A DNA stretch of 64,000 bases from Octopus sinensis (GCF_006345805.1 NC_043001.1:68510001-68574000), one strand, 5' to 3'. Positions 1 through 13,355 are shown, numbered from the stretch's first letter. Made by a program: numbers and translations. The notes: generated by a model from the letters alone, not told the origin.

Positions 1-264
1 TTATATGCTGCAGGCTACGACTTCACATAAACACTTCTACATTTCAATAGGTCTACTTGATAATCATTTGAAGTTGTGTATTTAAAGAACTTTCCTCTCT
101 CTGTTAATTAAGCCTTGAATCTTCTTTGAATCGTGGTAGCCGTCAACTTCAAGTCGTTCAAATTTTCTAGTTAATTCCAAGAACAAGGAATTATATATTG
201 ACATTAACTTTTAAGTTATTGCTATTGAAATTCCGTTATATCTCTTATACAGCAGTAGCACACT

Positions 265-503
265 CACCGCCACCGCCGCCACCGCCACCACCACCACCAC
301 AACCACCACCACCACCACCACAACCACCACCACCACCACCACCACTGTCACTCTGCAGCTACTATCACCACTGTCGCTCCACTGCCACCTCTATCTCCGT
401 CGACACCACTACCGCCACCGCCACCGTCGCCACCGTCATCGCCGCCACCACCGACACCATCGCCGCTGCCACAGCCACCGCTGCTGCTGCTGCCGCCGCC
501 ACC
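265..503. repeat. (CCA/CCG/GCC)n imperfect trinucleotide repeat
   Basis: Direct reading; explains the poly-Pro/Ala ORF 198..530. Confidence 0.9.
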
Positions 504-555
504 TTCTTCTTCTTGTCAGTATCATCGTGACAAGAATAATGTTAAGATAATGTTA

Positions 556-635
556 ATGCAGCGAATCGTTAGCACATGTGACGAAATGTTACGCAGGATT
601 TCTTCCGGGTACTTTATGAGTTCAAATTCCATCGT
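556..635 (+). mobile_element. Degenerate tRNA-derived SINE 5' remnant
   Basis: gcgaatcgttagcacatgtgacgaaatgttacgcaggatt...tgagttcaaattcc resembles the head of the better-preserved SINE at 36423. Confidence 0.5.
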
Positions 636-732
636 ATGTATGCTAGTGAATGAAGAAACGAACGACAGCAGCACCCAACAAATATATCTCGCTGGAGATA
701 TATTAATTGACACATTTGCTCTTCGTGTAACG

Positions 733-735
<3 letters not shown>

Positions 736-781
<46 letters not shown>

Positions 782-825
782 ACACACGCACGCACACACA
801 CATACGTACACACACACGCACACAC

Positions 826-856
<31 letters not shown>

Positions 857-857
857 T
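736..857. repeat. (CA)n microsatellite
   Basis: Direct reading. Confidence 0.95.
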
Positions 858-2150
858 ATGTAAAAGAGAATTTGTATGTGTGTGTATGTGTGTGTGCGTA
901 GAGTCCTTAAGCATTCGGAAACTGAGTTGCCGGTGTTGACGTATGTGGTATAAAAAATTCAGTAATATTTCGGGTACCAAATAAACTTTATTTTAATTCA
1001 CATATTTTCTACGTTACCTAAACAACCAACTATATTTATTTGAAATACACTTCTCTGCAATGATCAGGTTTCATTAGAAAGGGAAAATAGTTTCACACTT
1101 TCAATTTAAACCAAAATTACAGTATTGCATTACGAGACTAACGATGTATGACTAATGAAAGTAATGTTTCTACGAATTAGTCACAGCTGCACTGTAATAA
1201 AGAAAGCTGCTTATCATCTATCTACCAAATAAACTATATTTTTGGTACAACCCCTTTTTACTACTATAATAACCTCGGAAACGAGGTCGGGTCGCACAAT
1301 TCTGATGTCATTTCAAGCAATATTTCGATTTGTTTCTAATGTTTCACTTTCGTTCAATGTTTCACGTATGCCAGTCAAACATTTATGAAAATGTATCCAT
1401 AAATATTGTATTAAAATAAGTCACAACCAAAATCATTTCATTAAAAGACATCCATTTCTCTAATATGTTATGAGGAAATACAGTCACCCACTCTCTCTCC
1501 CTCTCTCACATGCATACGCACACGCAAACATGCATGCAAAAAGATTTATGCATATGTATTTATGTACGTGCATATGAACGATAATGTGTGTTTGTGTGTG
1601 AGAGAGAGAGAGAGAATGTGTGTGCGTGCGCGCGTGTGTGAGGAGTGCCACTTACACATACGTACAAAAATACATACATAACAAAACATACCTTCACTCA
1701 CTCTCTATCTCTCTCTCTCACACACACACATGTGTCCATTTCATATACACGTACATACATCTTTCACTTTCTCCTCTCTTTCACTTCTGCTCTCACTTCA
1801 AAGCAAATGTCACCTTTTCACTTTCTCCCCTCTTTCGATTTCTTCTCTCTTCAAACCATAAAGAAATAATTTCTGTGTTTTTTGTAGGAATTAACGAACA
1901 ATCATATGATCCCATATGATCGATCATATGATCAAGTTGACAACTTCGCTGCTTCAAACGATAGAATGCGAGAAGATAAATTCCTTTGACACACACACTC
2001 ACTCTCTCTCTCTTCCTCCCTGCCTCTCTCTAGGTAAAACTCTCTGTATAAATTATTTGCACACGCAAATTTACAGCTCAAATCCAATTAAAATGATCTT
2101 TTCCTATCCTGTAATTTGTGTTTGTGATGAGGATGTTTAAAAACCTGATC

Positions 2151-2669
2151 TTTATTTTTCCCTGTGAATTACCAAGAAAATAACTTGGAAAACAGTAAAA
2201 AAAATGAATTGGGGTGTAGAGAGAGAAAATTAAAATATTGAGAACGGGCTTTGTTGGCGAAATCCTAATCTCCAGTATCGAAAACAGGAATCGGAAGAAA
2301 TTTAGGAAAATAATGTGGAGCAAAAATGTCACCTCGTACATACCAGAAACATCAGGTAAAAGTCAGGTTTCTGGGAAAACTTCCTTTTAAGCATTTAAAA
2401 ACCTGATCTTTGAGCAGGTTTTTAAATGCTTAAAAGGAAGTTTTCCCAGAAACCTGACTTTTACCTGATGTTTCTGGTATGTACGAGGTGACATTTTTGC
2501 TCCACATTATTTTCCTAAATTTTTTCCGATTCCTGTTTTCGATACTGGAGATTAGGATTTCGCCAACAAAGCCCGTTCTCAATATTTTAATTTTCTCCCT
2601 CTACACCCCAATTCATTTTTTTTACTGTTTTCCAAGTTATTTTCTTGGTAATTCACAGGGAAAAATAAA
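2151..2669. repeat. Long near-perfect palindrome (255-bp arms, 9-nt spacer)
   Basis: 2151-2405 is the reverse complement of 2415-2669 with 2 mismatches (2222/2598 and 2297/2523), checked base by base. Mirrored ORFs 2078..2341(-) and 2479..2835(+) share the same first ~63 aa. Confidence 0.97.
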
Positions 2670-4017
2670 CAGAAAGTGGGAATATTTAAGATTTCCTTCT
2701 TCCTTTTTTCTTAAAGCTACTCTAAAATTTCCTTCCCAAACATCCACCCATCACCACACCACTTTCAAAAAGCCACACACTCTCAATTTTTCCCATTTAG
2801 CTTTTTGGAAATCGGGAAAGTTTCTTCACAAATAAAATCGGTTACCTCTTGTCAGGTTTTTTGGTAGTGTTCTGGTATTTTTTACGTCTGCTATTTCAGT
2901 ACAATTCTACGCATGTGTGAAGCAGCAGACGAAAGTGAAACATTGGGAGGCTCAAGCTTTTTGAAAGAGGATTAAGTAGTGGGTGATGGAGCACTGAGTG
3001 TTTTTTGAAGAAAAATTAAACTTTAAAAAGGATATATTTCCAAGATTCTAATTTCTGTTTTGTTTCTACGTAGCTAAAAAAAAAATTCTAAAAAGTTACA
3101 AATTAAGAAATTGACGTTTGAAAACGTTATTTTTGATCAAAATCGTATTAACCCCCTTTTATACGATTAAACAATACTTAGTTTGTGATCCTTCTTAAGA
3201 GCAGAAAGCACTTTCATGCAAACCCATGCAAATTGCACCCCCCTTCACTTTTAAACAAACAACTTCCATTACGCTAGTACTTCAGTTCACTATATATTAG
3301 CTGTGCCCATACGAAAAGAACACATAATACAATATGGTTGTAGGTCATAACGTCCGGGCAAAGCCGAGATGCATTGTTATTGTGTGTGTGTGTGTATGTG
3401 TGTATGTGAGTGTGTGCGTGTGTGTGAGCGCTCGCGTGAGTGTGCAAGTGTAGCAGTCTGTATATTAAAGTAGACATCTTGTTGAAAGCCTAATAACTTA
3501 CCGTATTCATGCCATTTGGAAATACCAGCACCACTACTACATGGTTTTCCTTTGCTGATGATATATTCACCTTTTTTATCAAGCTTTCAACAATATATCT
3601 TTTTTAGAATAAAATACAGATGGCTATTTTGAACTAACACTGCTTACGTCGTTAGTGACAAAGTTTTATTTAGCCTGCCAGCAACATACAGCATCAGTGA
3701 CATAGAACCATTGCTTAATTATATTTCTTAAGGGCCGGTTTCCGCTTAGCATGTTATGCCAGTGGTTACTTATTACTGACGAAACCCAAAGAGCAAAAAA
3801 TGTGTATTTAGTAATGTCACCGCCGCTGCTGTGCGAATTTTGTCTGCTGCTGAAATATTTCAATGTTTTTTTTTAACTCTATACATCTATAAGAGACGCC
3901 TTCACAAGATAAATACGCTGTTTAGCAGGCTATCAACAATATATCTACTTTAAGTATGATATACAGATTGCCATTTTGAACTAATAGTATGATATTAATA
4001 TTGCTATCTTGATGTAA

Positions 4018-4018
<1 letters not shown>

Positions 4019-4090
<72 letters not shown>
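4019..4090. repeat. (ATCT)n microsatellite
   Basis: Direct reading. Confidence 0.95.
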
Positions 4091-4091
<1 letters not shown>

Positions 4092-4851
4092 CTCACACAG
4101 TCACATGCTGTCATATTTCGAGGGCTATGTAATTCATCATATCTGATCTAGTACATAATTTCAATGTTATTCTCTCGTCTTCATGCAAATTAAAGACAAC
4201 GCTGATCCCGCTTCGACAGGATTTACACTCAAAACGTAAATGACCGGAACTAAACACCACCACAAGCCATTGTGCCGAACGCTGTACTTATTCTTAGTCC
4301 GTGACATGCAACCATAGCAATATACGTAGACAGACAGATATATTATATAATGTGTAAATTGATATCTGGGTGAAAATTTAGTTTCAATTAAAGGTAATTG
4401 TTCGCAGTATGTACTTATTGCCTTCAATAAAAGCAACTCATTCAATTGGCTAGTTTCCAAATTCCTTTAACCAATACAAATTCGTATTTGGCATTGATAC
4501 TAATGGTAAGATTTCTGGAAACAAGCTTGGGTAGGTTTATGAGAGATTTTCGTTTCGGTCCGTCAGTGGTAAGTTATATTGGCAACAGCAACTCCAGTAA
4601 GGGGAAAGGACAGGCTAACAAACACAATTTCGCTATTTTCATTAAGGATTTCTATATGGTTACTAAAATGTAGTAGCCATATATCCTCCAAATCATACGC
4701 TAACGTCTCAAGAAAGAAAGACACACTGGGTTGCCTTATCTTAGGTATACGCATATAAAAGCGATATTATTGCCAAGGCTGCTTTACTTTACATCATAAG
4801 GTCGGCTGTATCCAGAATTACTCGAAGCTAAAAAAACAACAAAAACAATCG

Positions 4852-4918
<67 letters not shown>
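4852..4918. repeat. (ATC)n microsatellite
   Basis: Direct reading. Confidence 0.95.
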
Positions 4919-4920
<2 letters not shown>

Positions 4921-5057
4921 TAGCATCAACAATAATAAAATAAAATCAACAAAATTCTACTCAAAATTAACCAAAATTATATTTCATATGGTTGTCGAAA
5001 TGCTAAAATAAGCAACCAAATGTTTCTTAAATCACACCCTACAACCTTAAGCCAGGT

Positions 5058-5134
5058 GATGTTAGATAATCTACAAGGCGACGAGCTGACAGAAACGTTA
5101 GCACGACGGGCGAAATGGATGTTAGATAATCTAC
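5058..5134 (+). mobile_element. 43-bp SINE 5' head fragment between 17-bp direct repeats
   Basis: gatgttagataatctac at 5058-5074 and 5118-5134 flanks aaggcgacgagctgacagaaacgttagcacgacgggcgaaatg, which matches the SINE head at 36423-36466. Confidence 0.8.
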
Positions 5135-7084
5135 TACCGATTAATCTCAAACATACAGGAATGTCACGGCTGGAAAGCCGTTAGGTCTGCTCGGAACTGT
5201 TCGATCAATGAAAGTGATCAGTAAAACCAACCTACTCAAAATGAACCATTCTGACAAAAATAATGATAAAATCATTTTCCATCAAATCATTTCAGTTTAA
5301 AATAGGGCAGGGCACTTTTGAGATACATTAGGCCTGTGACAATCAACAGTGTGGTCGTGGCTGGAATGATTTACTTGGTATGAGCAGTGTTTCTTTGTTG
5401 CTGTTGAAAGAGACAAGACTAACATATCCATACTGGAAGCTGTTTTCGAAATCCCTATTCATGCTATCCGTGAGGATTTAGCGCGTGAGGACTATGTTGT
5501 TTATGAAAGATTGGGGAAAGTTAAGTAGAATGAAAGTTTACATCATCTGCCATAATGTTAGTGTTATTGGATATGGTGGTGGGTGGCTAGTTTATTGATG
5601 TTCAGAAGAATTTGATTGTGTGAGGAACAGACAGGCTTGGTCATTCGATATTGAGAACTTATTGGAAGCTACACATCCAAAGCTAAGAAACGTGTAGAGC
5701 TGATAAGTGGACAATTTTGTTAAGAAATTACATACGAGATGCAACTGAAACATTGTTTGTGATGAGCGTGCACAAGTGGGGGATATAAAGCAGTAGGTGA
5801 CCTGTGTACAGTATCTGGCTTCACAGATACTGTACTGATGCCCGTTAAATAGATAAATAGATAAATAGATAAATAGAGAGAGAGAGTTATTGAAGAATAT
5901 TGATGTTAATTGCTGTCTACATTAATTTAGACATATTGGAAGGAAATATGAAGTAATAGATAAAAAATCTGTGGAAAAGGGTTTCTGGAGTGTATTCATA
6001 TGGCTAAGTAAATCCCTACCGGAGGCCTGGATTGAATATTTGTAATATAACGAGCTCTGCTAAAAACACTCAAGCGCCAGATGGTAGTACTGAACCGGGT
6101 AGTTCCTAGTAAAAGGGTTGAGCCTCCCACCCCGTTTAAACTGGAGCTACATTATATTAGTGTCTCAGAATTTACAACCATAAGTGTTCAGTTGTTCGAT
6201 GAACTGCAGTATCATTATCACGGAGTTAACGCATAAGTAATCTAAGTAATCTTGTCGGCATGACAAGGGGTGTAGACAAGGTAAAAATGTTTAAATAACA
6301 GTACAATCTACACCCGATCTACTTCTACATAGTTTCTGTCCACCTAATTTCACTCAAAAAATAGGAGTCAACCCGCAGTTAGAGGTAATATTTGCTTAAG
6401 ATGCCACGCAACGCAATCGAAACAAAGACCTCATCCTTGCTGTACATATGTATTCACAAGTGCACACACACACACACATACACACACACACGCAGACACA
6501 CACACACATCAATGTATGTGTGTATTTATACATATATGTGTGTGTGTGTGTGTGTGTGTATTAAAAATCATTATAAATGCATAAACGGAAAACGGACAGA
6601 GCTAAGGTCCCCAAATCCTTATCAGTTATTGGCCACAGTGTCAAGCACAATTACGCGCCTTACGATAATATTAGTTCTCTTCTAGCAGCGCCGGCAACAA
6701 AAAGCCGGAGACCAAGCATAACAGAACGTGAACGAACAAACAAGAAAAGAATAAACATGCAATACAGAAGTGGATATACAAATATGAATAAATGTGATTT
6801 ATGACGAGACCGTTAGAGGACGAAAGAAAGACAAAGCCGAAAACAAGACGAAATAAATAGAATACAGCCTTAGGGTCAGACAGGAGACGAACTTATGGAT
6901 AACGCTAAGAGGAAAATCCTAAAAGGGTCAGAAGCAAAAGGACAATAGACAGCAAAATAATTTGAAATGAGAAACTAGAGAAAATATGACCAGTTGCTTC
7001 AGCAGTCAGCGTGAAAAGAAAAGGAGAGAAAAAAGATAAATACGGGTCAAGTGTCAGTAGTAGGAGGGTGAAAAGTGGTAGAGG

Positions 7085-7340
7085 GCAGAGGGAGAGATAG
7101 AGAGAGAGACACACACACACCACACACACAAGGCACAGAGAGAGAGAGACACACACACACACATACCACACACACAAGGCACAGAGAGAGAGACACACAC
7201 ACACACACACACACAAGGCACAGAGAGAGAGAGAGGGAGAGAGAGACACACACAAACACACACAAGGCACAGAGAGAGAGAGAGAGAGACACACACACAC
7301 ACAAGGCACAACAAGAGAGAGAGAGAGAGAAATGCACAGA
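7085..7340. repeat. Composite minisatellite: about 5 units of caaggcaca + (GA)n + (CA)n
   Basis: caaggcaca recurs near 7130, 7175, 7214, 7262 and 7301, separated by GA and CA runs of variable length. Confidence 0.85.
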
Positions 7341-8254
7341 GGGCAGAGAAGGCAACAAACAGAAGCAGATAGCAGCATAGATGTGCAGAGATGGAAGAGG
7401 AGAAAGAAAGCGAGGAAGCGAGGGAAAAAGCGAGCGAGTGAGGGAGAGAGAGAGAGAGAGAGGGAGAGACAGAGAGAGAGAAATGGAGAGGAGGGATAGA
7501 AATAGACATGTATATATGCGTGTGTGTGTGCGTGCGCGTGCGTAGGTATTATTTATATCTGTATGTCTATACATATGCGTTTATATCGAGGTGTTCTGTA
7601 TTCACATGAATCCAGTTTTCCAAGTTGTGTCTTTATAAAAAATGGTAACTTAGTCATTCACTAAACAGATATCGATTAAAATGTAACCACACTGAAATTA
7701 GTATTAGAGTCGATATGATTTAATTAAAGAATAGTGAAGTCGACTCCTTTAAGGACAAACCCTTAATGAATTAAACAATATAACATATACTAACGTATTG
7801 CTGTTGTATATCATTTGTATAGCACGTTTGTATATCACATTGCTATATCATAAATATAGCATATGTCATATGCTTACAATATGGTCGTACAATTTTCATT
7901 TTTGATGTTTTATCTTTTACTTCTTTCTGTCAATGAGCTGCGGCCATGATGGGACACCCTCTTGAAGGGTTTAATGGACAAAAATCGACTCCAGTTCACA
8001 TACGAGATTGGTCAGATGCTAATAGAAAAGAATGGAAGATATTGCACTTTGGGCTGGAAACAGAAATCTCAAGTATGGTATGTAAACGTCTCAAATTTTC
8101 CTCTGCTCCATATTAGAACGACCTCCTCACCAAAAAAAAACAACAACAAAAGCACATCCCCCGCAAAACATGTATTAGCTTCAAATGTTGGTACAAGGTC
8201 AGAGATTATTGGGGAAGGAGGAGGAGTTCGTCGAGTCCATCGTCGCCCATTACT

Positions 8255-8378
8255 GAACTGCTACTTCATTGTTCCCGAAAGAGATCAAAGCGGAATTTTA
8301 ACTCAGAACGTAAAGACGGGCGAAATTCTTCTAAGCATTTTGCTAAGCATGCTAACGATTCAGCCACCTCGCCGCCTT
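8255..8378 (-). mobile_element. tRNA-derived SINE 5' part
   Basis: gcggaattttaactcagaacgtaaagacgggcgaaatt...gctaacgattcagccacctcgccgcctt is the reverse complement of the 36423 SINE head and B-box-like region. Confidence 0.75.
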
Positions 8379-8409
8379 TCTCCCGCAAATTATATATTAT
8401 CATCTAAAA

Positions 8410-8645
8410 TAGTGGTTCTCAACCACTTTTTACTTATGGACCCCTCTGATTCCTATTTTACTCGGATAGCCATTAAATGTTTAAAAAAATCCACTTATTT
8501 TTTAATAATTAAATATTACTGGTAATTATATAAACAAAATGTTAGACTATTTTATGTATTGTAGAAGTATAAGCAATGTATTGCCCATACATTTTAACAA
8601 CAAAACCTTCCATGAACTTTCAAGGACCCCGGTTGAGAACCACTG
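8410..8645. mobile_element. hAT (Charlie-like) MITE, 236 bp
   Basis: 15-bp TIRs tagtggttctcaacc / ggttgagaaccactg (14/15) and 8-bp TSD atctaaaa / atctaaag (7/8), resembling the NTCTARAN target of Charlie-group hATs. Confidence 0.85.
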
Positions 8646-9939
8646 ATCTAAAGTAAAGCTCCTTGATTACCCTATGTCTGATAACAAACACAATATGGTC
8701 AAATAGTTAAGAAGTTCGCTTCGCAATTACCAGATCTCAATTTGGATTCCGCCGCGTTTCACGTCTGGTGCAAATGTTATATTTTTTAGACTTGCGCGAA
8801 CTTATACTTTGTGACTGAAATTGGGTAGACAGAAACTGTATCGAAGCCCTTCGAGTTGGGAGTAAATTTCAAAGTCCAGCCTTGTCTCACCGCCTCACAC
8901 TGATTCGTCCTAATAATTATATCAAAAATACACATGGCTGAAGGATACTTAGCCACTTGAAAGCTAATTAAACGATCCTGGTGTTTTAGTTGACCGAACA
9001 ACCGAAAACTCATGATCGGTGATTCTGAGCGACATTCATTTTATTTATACCCGAAAATAAAAAGACGAGATGACCACGGATGGAAGACCTTTACTCATGG
9101 GTCTCCTAGATCCAGCAAAGAAACGTTATACCATTTTAGAGGATATCAGCCATTCGTTATGAGAATGTGTTTTTAATTCTTTTAGTGCAACGATATCATC
9201 GCTAATATTTCAGCCTCATGCTTTTGATACTCGGGTGTGTGTTCACATGTTTAAGACAACACATGACAAATAAACACAGTATCAATATATTGACACAATT
9301 TATGTACCAAAACATTGTATTTCGTTGAAAGTGCAAAAACTAATAATTACATACGAAGTCGAACTTGCATGTCTAGAAGCGATAACTTACCCAAACGAAA
9401 AATTTCATAACACACAGCCAGACAAACACATTAACATACGAACATATACAAATATACACAGAAATAAATCGAACATTGTTTGATATGACGCTGTTGTCTC
9501 TTAATTGATATCGTTGCTCTCGGTTTAAAAAAGTAAATATTTGCATTAGATGTGTTAATGTTTTTGTAGTTGTTGTTTTATTTTAATTTTACTACGTCAC
9601 ATAATGTCGATGTAAATATTCCATGCTGTGGAGTTACTAGCTTTGCGCTGTAGAAATCAATGGCTTTGTTGAAAATTAATATAAAAATATTTCCAGAATG
9701 TTATTCTAAATCTGTCTGTCTATGTGTCTATCAGGCTATTTATTTATCTGCCCGTCTGTCTGTCTGCCTGTTTCTCTCTCCCTGTCATACACACATGAAT
9801 ACATGCATCAAAATACACACGCGCACACATATACACATGTGTGAATGTCAGTGTGTGTTTCTGTGTTTATGGATGTATGTGTAAGTATAGATGCACACAC
9901 ACACATATATGTATGTTTATATATATATATACATACAAA

Positions 9940-9997
<58 letters not shown>

Positions 9998-10020
9998 ATA
10001 TCTATCTATCTATCTATCTA

Positions 10021-10085
<65 letters not shown>

Positions 10086-10086
10086 A

Positions 10087-10124
<38 letters not shown>

Positions 10125-10188
10125 ATCTATCTATCTATCTATTATCTATCTATCTATAATCTATCTATCTATTATCTATCTATCTATA

Positions 10189-10236
<48 letters not shown>
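9940..10236. repeat. Interrupted (ATCT)n array
   Basis: Direct reading; source of the YLSI ORFs. Confidence 0.95.
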
Positions 10237-10597
10237 GAATGTTAATTACTAATATAGAAATACACGAACATTTATGATACATGGCTGCGACCGTATATTT
10301 TTTCTTTTACGCACGTTTTCGGTGGTATGCATTCGTATGCAAGTGAGTCTACATATCTTTGTATATATTTTTTTTTGCGTGATTGTGAGGGCTTTGATAT
10401 CAGTATACATATGTAGCATAACGGATATTGAAAGTAAGAATCAATAGAATGGTTATGTTAGACGACGGCATCTTTCCCGGAGCTACCTTAAGTCTGCAAG
10501 AAAAAGAGTAAAGTTAAGTTTTTCTAATGTTTATTTCGGGGTTTCACAGTTCAAATCACTTAACTATTAATATTTACTGTTGGTAAAATGTATATGC

Positions 10598-10598
10598 G

Positions 10599-10629
<31 letters not shown>

Positions 10630-10672
10630 TGTATGTATGTATGTATGTATGTATGTATGTATGTATGTATGT
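10598..10672. repeat. (ATGT)n microsatellite
   Basis: Direct reading. Confidence 0.95.
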
Positions 10673-11185
10673 ATCTCTCTCTCTCTCTTTCTCGTTATAT
10701 ATATATGTGTGTGTGTGTACACATATAGGTATAATGAATATGTAGGTATATACAGACATATATACGCATATATATGCAAACTTACATATATGTTCAAAAA
10801 TTGTGGCGCATACTGACGCTCATATATGTACATATACTTACGTATTTTTATGTGTATGCACACTTATATAAGTACATAAATACATGCAAACATATTATAT
10901 GTGTGTGTGTATGTGTGTGTATACAGAGAGAGAGATACCTGTGTCTGTATGTAGTTTACGTTGGTGTGTAAATATGTATGCAACTGTGTGCTTGTGTGTG
11001 TCTTAATGCAATATACACACGCACACACACACGCTCACCCACACATACGCGCGCGCGCGCACACACACACACTCACACACTCCTAATACAGAAACACCTC
11101 AACTATTTATAAAAAGTTACAATTCACTGTCATAGGTTCCAGATATATATGTTTATGGTATGATAGACGGCTTATTTTGTAACGC

Positions 11186-11187
<2 letters not shown>

Positions 11188-11255
<68 letters not shown>

Positions 11256-11275
11256 GTTATTATTATTATTATTAT
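11188..11275. repeat. (TTA)n microsatellite
   Basis: Direct reading. Confidence 0.95.
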
Positions 11276-12524
11276 GAATATTTTAAAATTTTATAACGTT
11301 GGAAACATTTTTGATTATTTATTGGTTTCATTTACCAGATGTAGACGGAGTTTGACTAGAATATTCTTGCTAAACTTAAATGGAATTGACATAAAGTATT
11401 TGCAGCAAATAAGAAAAAACAAGCAGGAGAAAAAAATGAAAACATTTTTTTCGTTAAAATATTCAACACAACCTTCGATACTACGATAAAACGATATATT
11501 ATGTGGTTAAGATATTGTTGGCGCAAGGAAAAATCTTCACATTTAGAGGTATCTTGACCGAATTTATGTACCCACGGATAATCTGAATCGGCCAATTTCT
11601 TAGATGGAACGATGACCAGGATTATCAATTAGAGAATATGTTATATACTTTTCCTTTTCTTTCATAGAACTTGCTCTCTTGTGTTCAGGATTCCAGCTCT
11701 TATATGTTGTTGTCATCGAAAATCTTTTGTCAAACATTGCCAAACACACGCGTGCGCGCACACACACATGTACACAGACACACACACACATATATATCTG
11801 CGCGCGTGTGTGTGTGTGTGAAGATTCCGAGACTCAACTATGTTTATATATATCTACGCACACACACACACACATACACACACACACACACAGATAAATA
11901 TGTGTGTGTGTGTGTGTGTATAAATATATATACATAATTGAATCTCGGGATCTTCGACTTTTTCAGTCTCAAAGAGAGTTTTAACCCAATATATTCGTAT
12001 GCCATTCATTATAGCTCTGTGCGTTGCACTTCCAGATATACTATTCCAAAACAGGATTAATATTAAAAAATGGATAATACTGTCGTTTCAGACAAGAAAT
12101 ATGTATATATTGCGGTGGTAGTGAGCTCCGACTTTCTAGCAAGAGAATTCTGTTGGTCGATTTAATGAACTAACCACCTCTGAATTACCTGAATTAACAT
12201 ATAAGAGACGTACAACTTTAACTGAAGTCTGAAGCAGAATCGGCGTTGCACAGTACGTGTAACAAGGCGGTAGTTTATGAATTGACTGTACAATGCGCTG
12301 TACAGGCTTCTGTACAGTCTCCGACTATCCAGTTACACTCACAATGTATGAGTCGACCCAGGGCTATAGCATGTAACAATTTTCAATATTGTTGACTGTG
12401 AGATCGAACTCGGAACGTCGTATTTGCAATACTACTTTGTTAACCGCTCACATTCGCTGCGCCTACTACACATGTAGTTGTGTGTGTTTAGGTACGTATA
12501 CAAATACACACACACACATGCACG

Positions 12525-12567
<43 letters not shown>

Positions 12568-12572
<5 letters not shown>

Positions 12573-12686
12573 AAATAAAATAACGATTTTATCAAGTGGC
12601 CTAATTTATAATCTTAATAATTATTACTTTTGAAGGTTATTTTTTCCATGCATGCCACTTGATTAAATCGTTATTTTATTTTAAAT
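12568..12686. repeat. 33-bp inverted repeat around a 53-bp spacer, abutting (TA)n; probable Penelope-type terminal remnant
   Basis: 12568-12600 is the reverse complement of 12654-12686 (1 mismatch). The spacer plus the start of the right arm recurs as a direct copy at ~13122-13197. The Penelope assignment is inference. Confidence 0.7.
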
Positions 12687-12862
12687 TAGCGATCTTATCC
12701 TTATTTATATAAATTTAAATTTATTTCGTCATTGTATTTACTGCGGTAATATTTTAACCATATCTCACATGGAATTAAACGACGGCCATTTTGAACTGGC
12801 CATGATACATACGTGCATATATATGTATGTATACATTAGTATATGTAAGTATTCATATGGTG

Positions 12863-12919
<57 letters not shown>

Positions 12920-13355
12920 TTATGTTTCTCTTCTGTGTGTATTTTACTGACGAGGCAAAGCATTTCTAAATACAAACCCAGAAATCCGAGATCTAGAATT
13001 ATCCAGTAATTCTTTACTAGTTTCATCTTGTCGCTTTGTTTTCTCTCCGTGTTGCGATATGGAAAATTAAGGTGGTTTTAGAGTCAGATCATGGCTGCTA
13101 TTTTCAGCATGGTGGTATCTCGTAGATACCTTAATTTATAATTTTAATAATTATTACCTTTGAAGGATATTTTTTCCATGCTGGCCACTTGATAAAATAT
13201 ATATATATATATATATATATACTTTACAAATAATAAAATGGAGAAACATATTAGTTGGTTTATCAGCTTTAGGATATTAGAATGTTGACTTATTTATTTA
13301 TCAAAACGACAACCATAATAACATACATATATACTGTATAAAATCCAATGCTATA

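Noticed and set aside
1272-1287. Hairpin acctcg-gaaa-cgaggt
   Set aside because: Only 6 bp, with no CTRR end or other supporting element structure that I can verify.
3495-3850. GTAAGT donor on the minus strand near 3500 and a possible tttcag acceptor near 3850
   Set aside because: No convincing open frame or homology between them; such motifs arise by chance.
5806-5835. Perfect 12-bp hairpin gtacagtatctg/cagatactgtac
   Set aside because: It is isolated, with no Helitron CTRR terminus, TSD or U-tract, and cannot be assigned a function.
6660-7500. Purine-rich, GA-rich stretch resembling a promoter or 5' UTR on the minus strand
   Set aside because: Composition only; no diagnostic motif or downstream coding exon.
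7962-8525. 187-aa ORF
   Set aside because: It runs through a minus-strand SINE and a hAT MITE, so it is a chance open frame.
8786-9013. 75-aa minus-strand ORF that looks protein-like
   Set aside because: It overlaps a SINE remnant (tgggtagacagaaactg) and has no recognisable motif.
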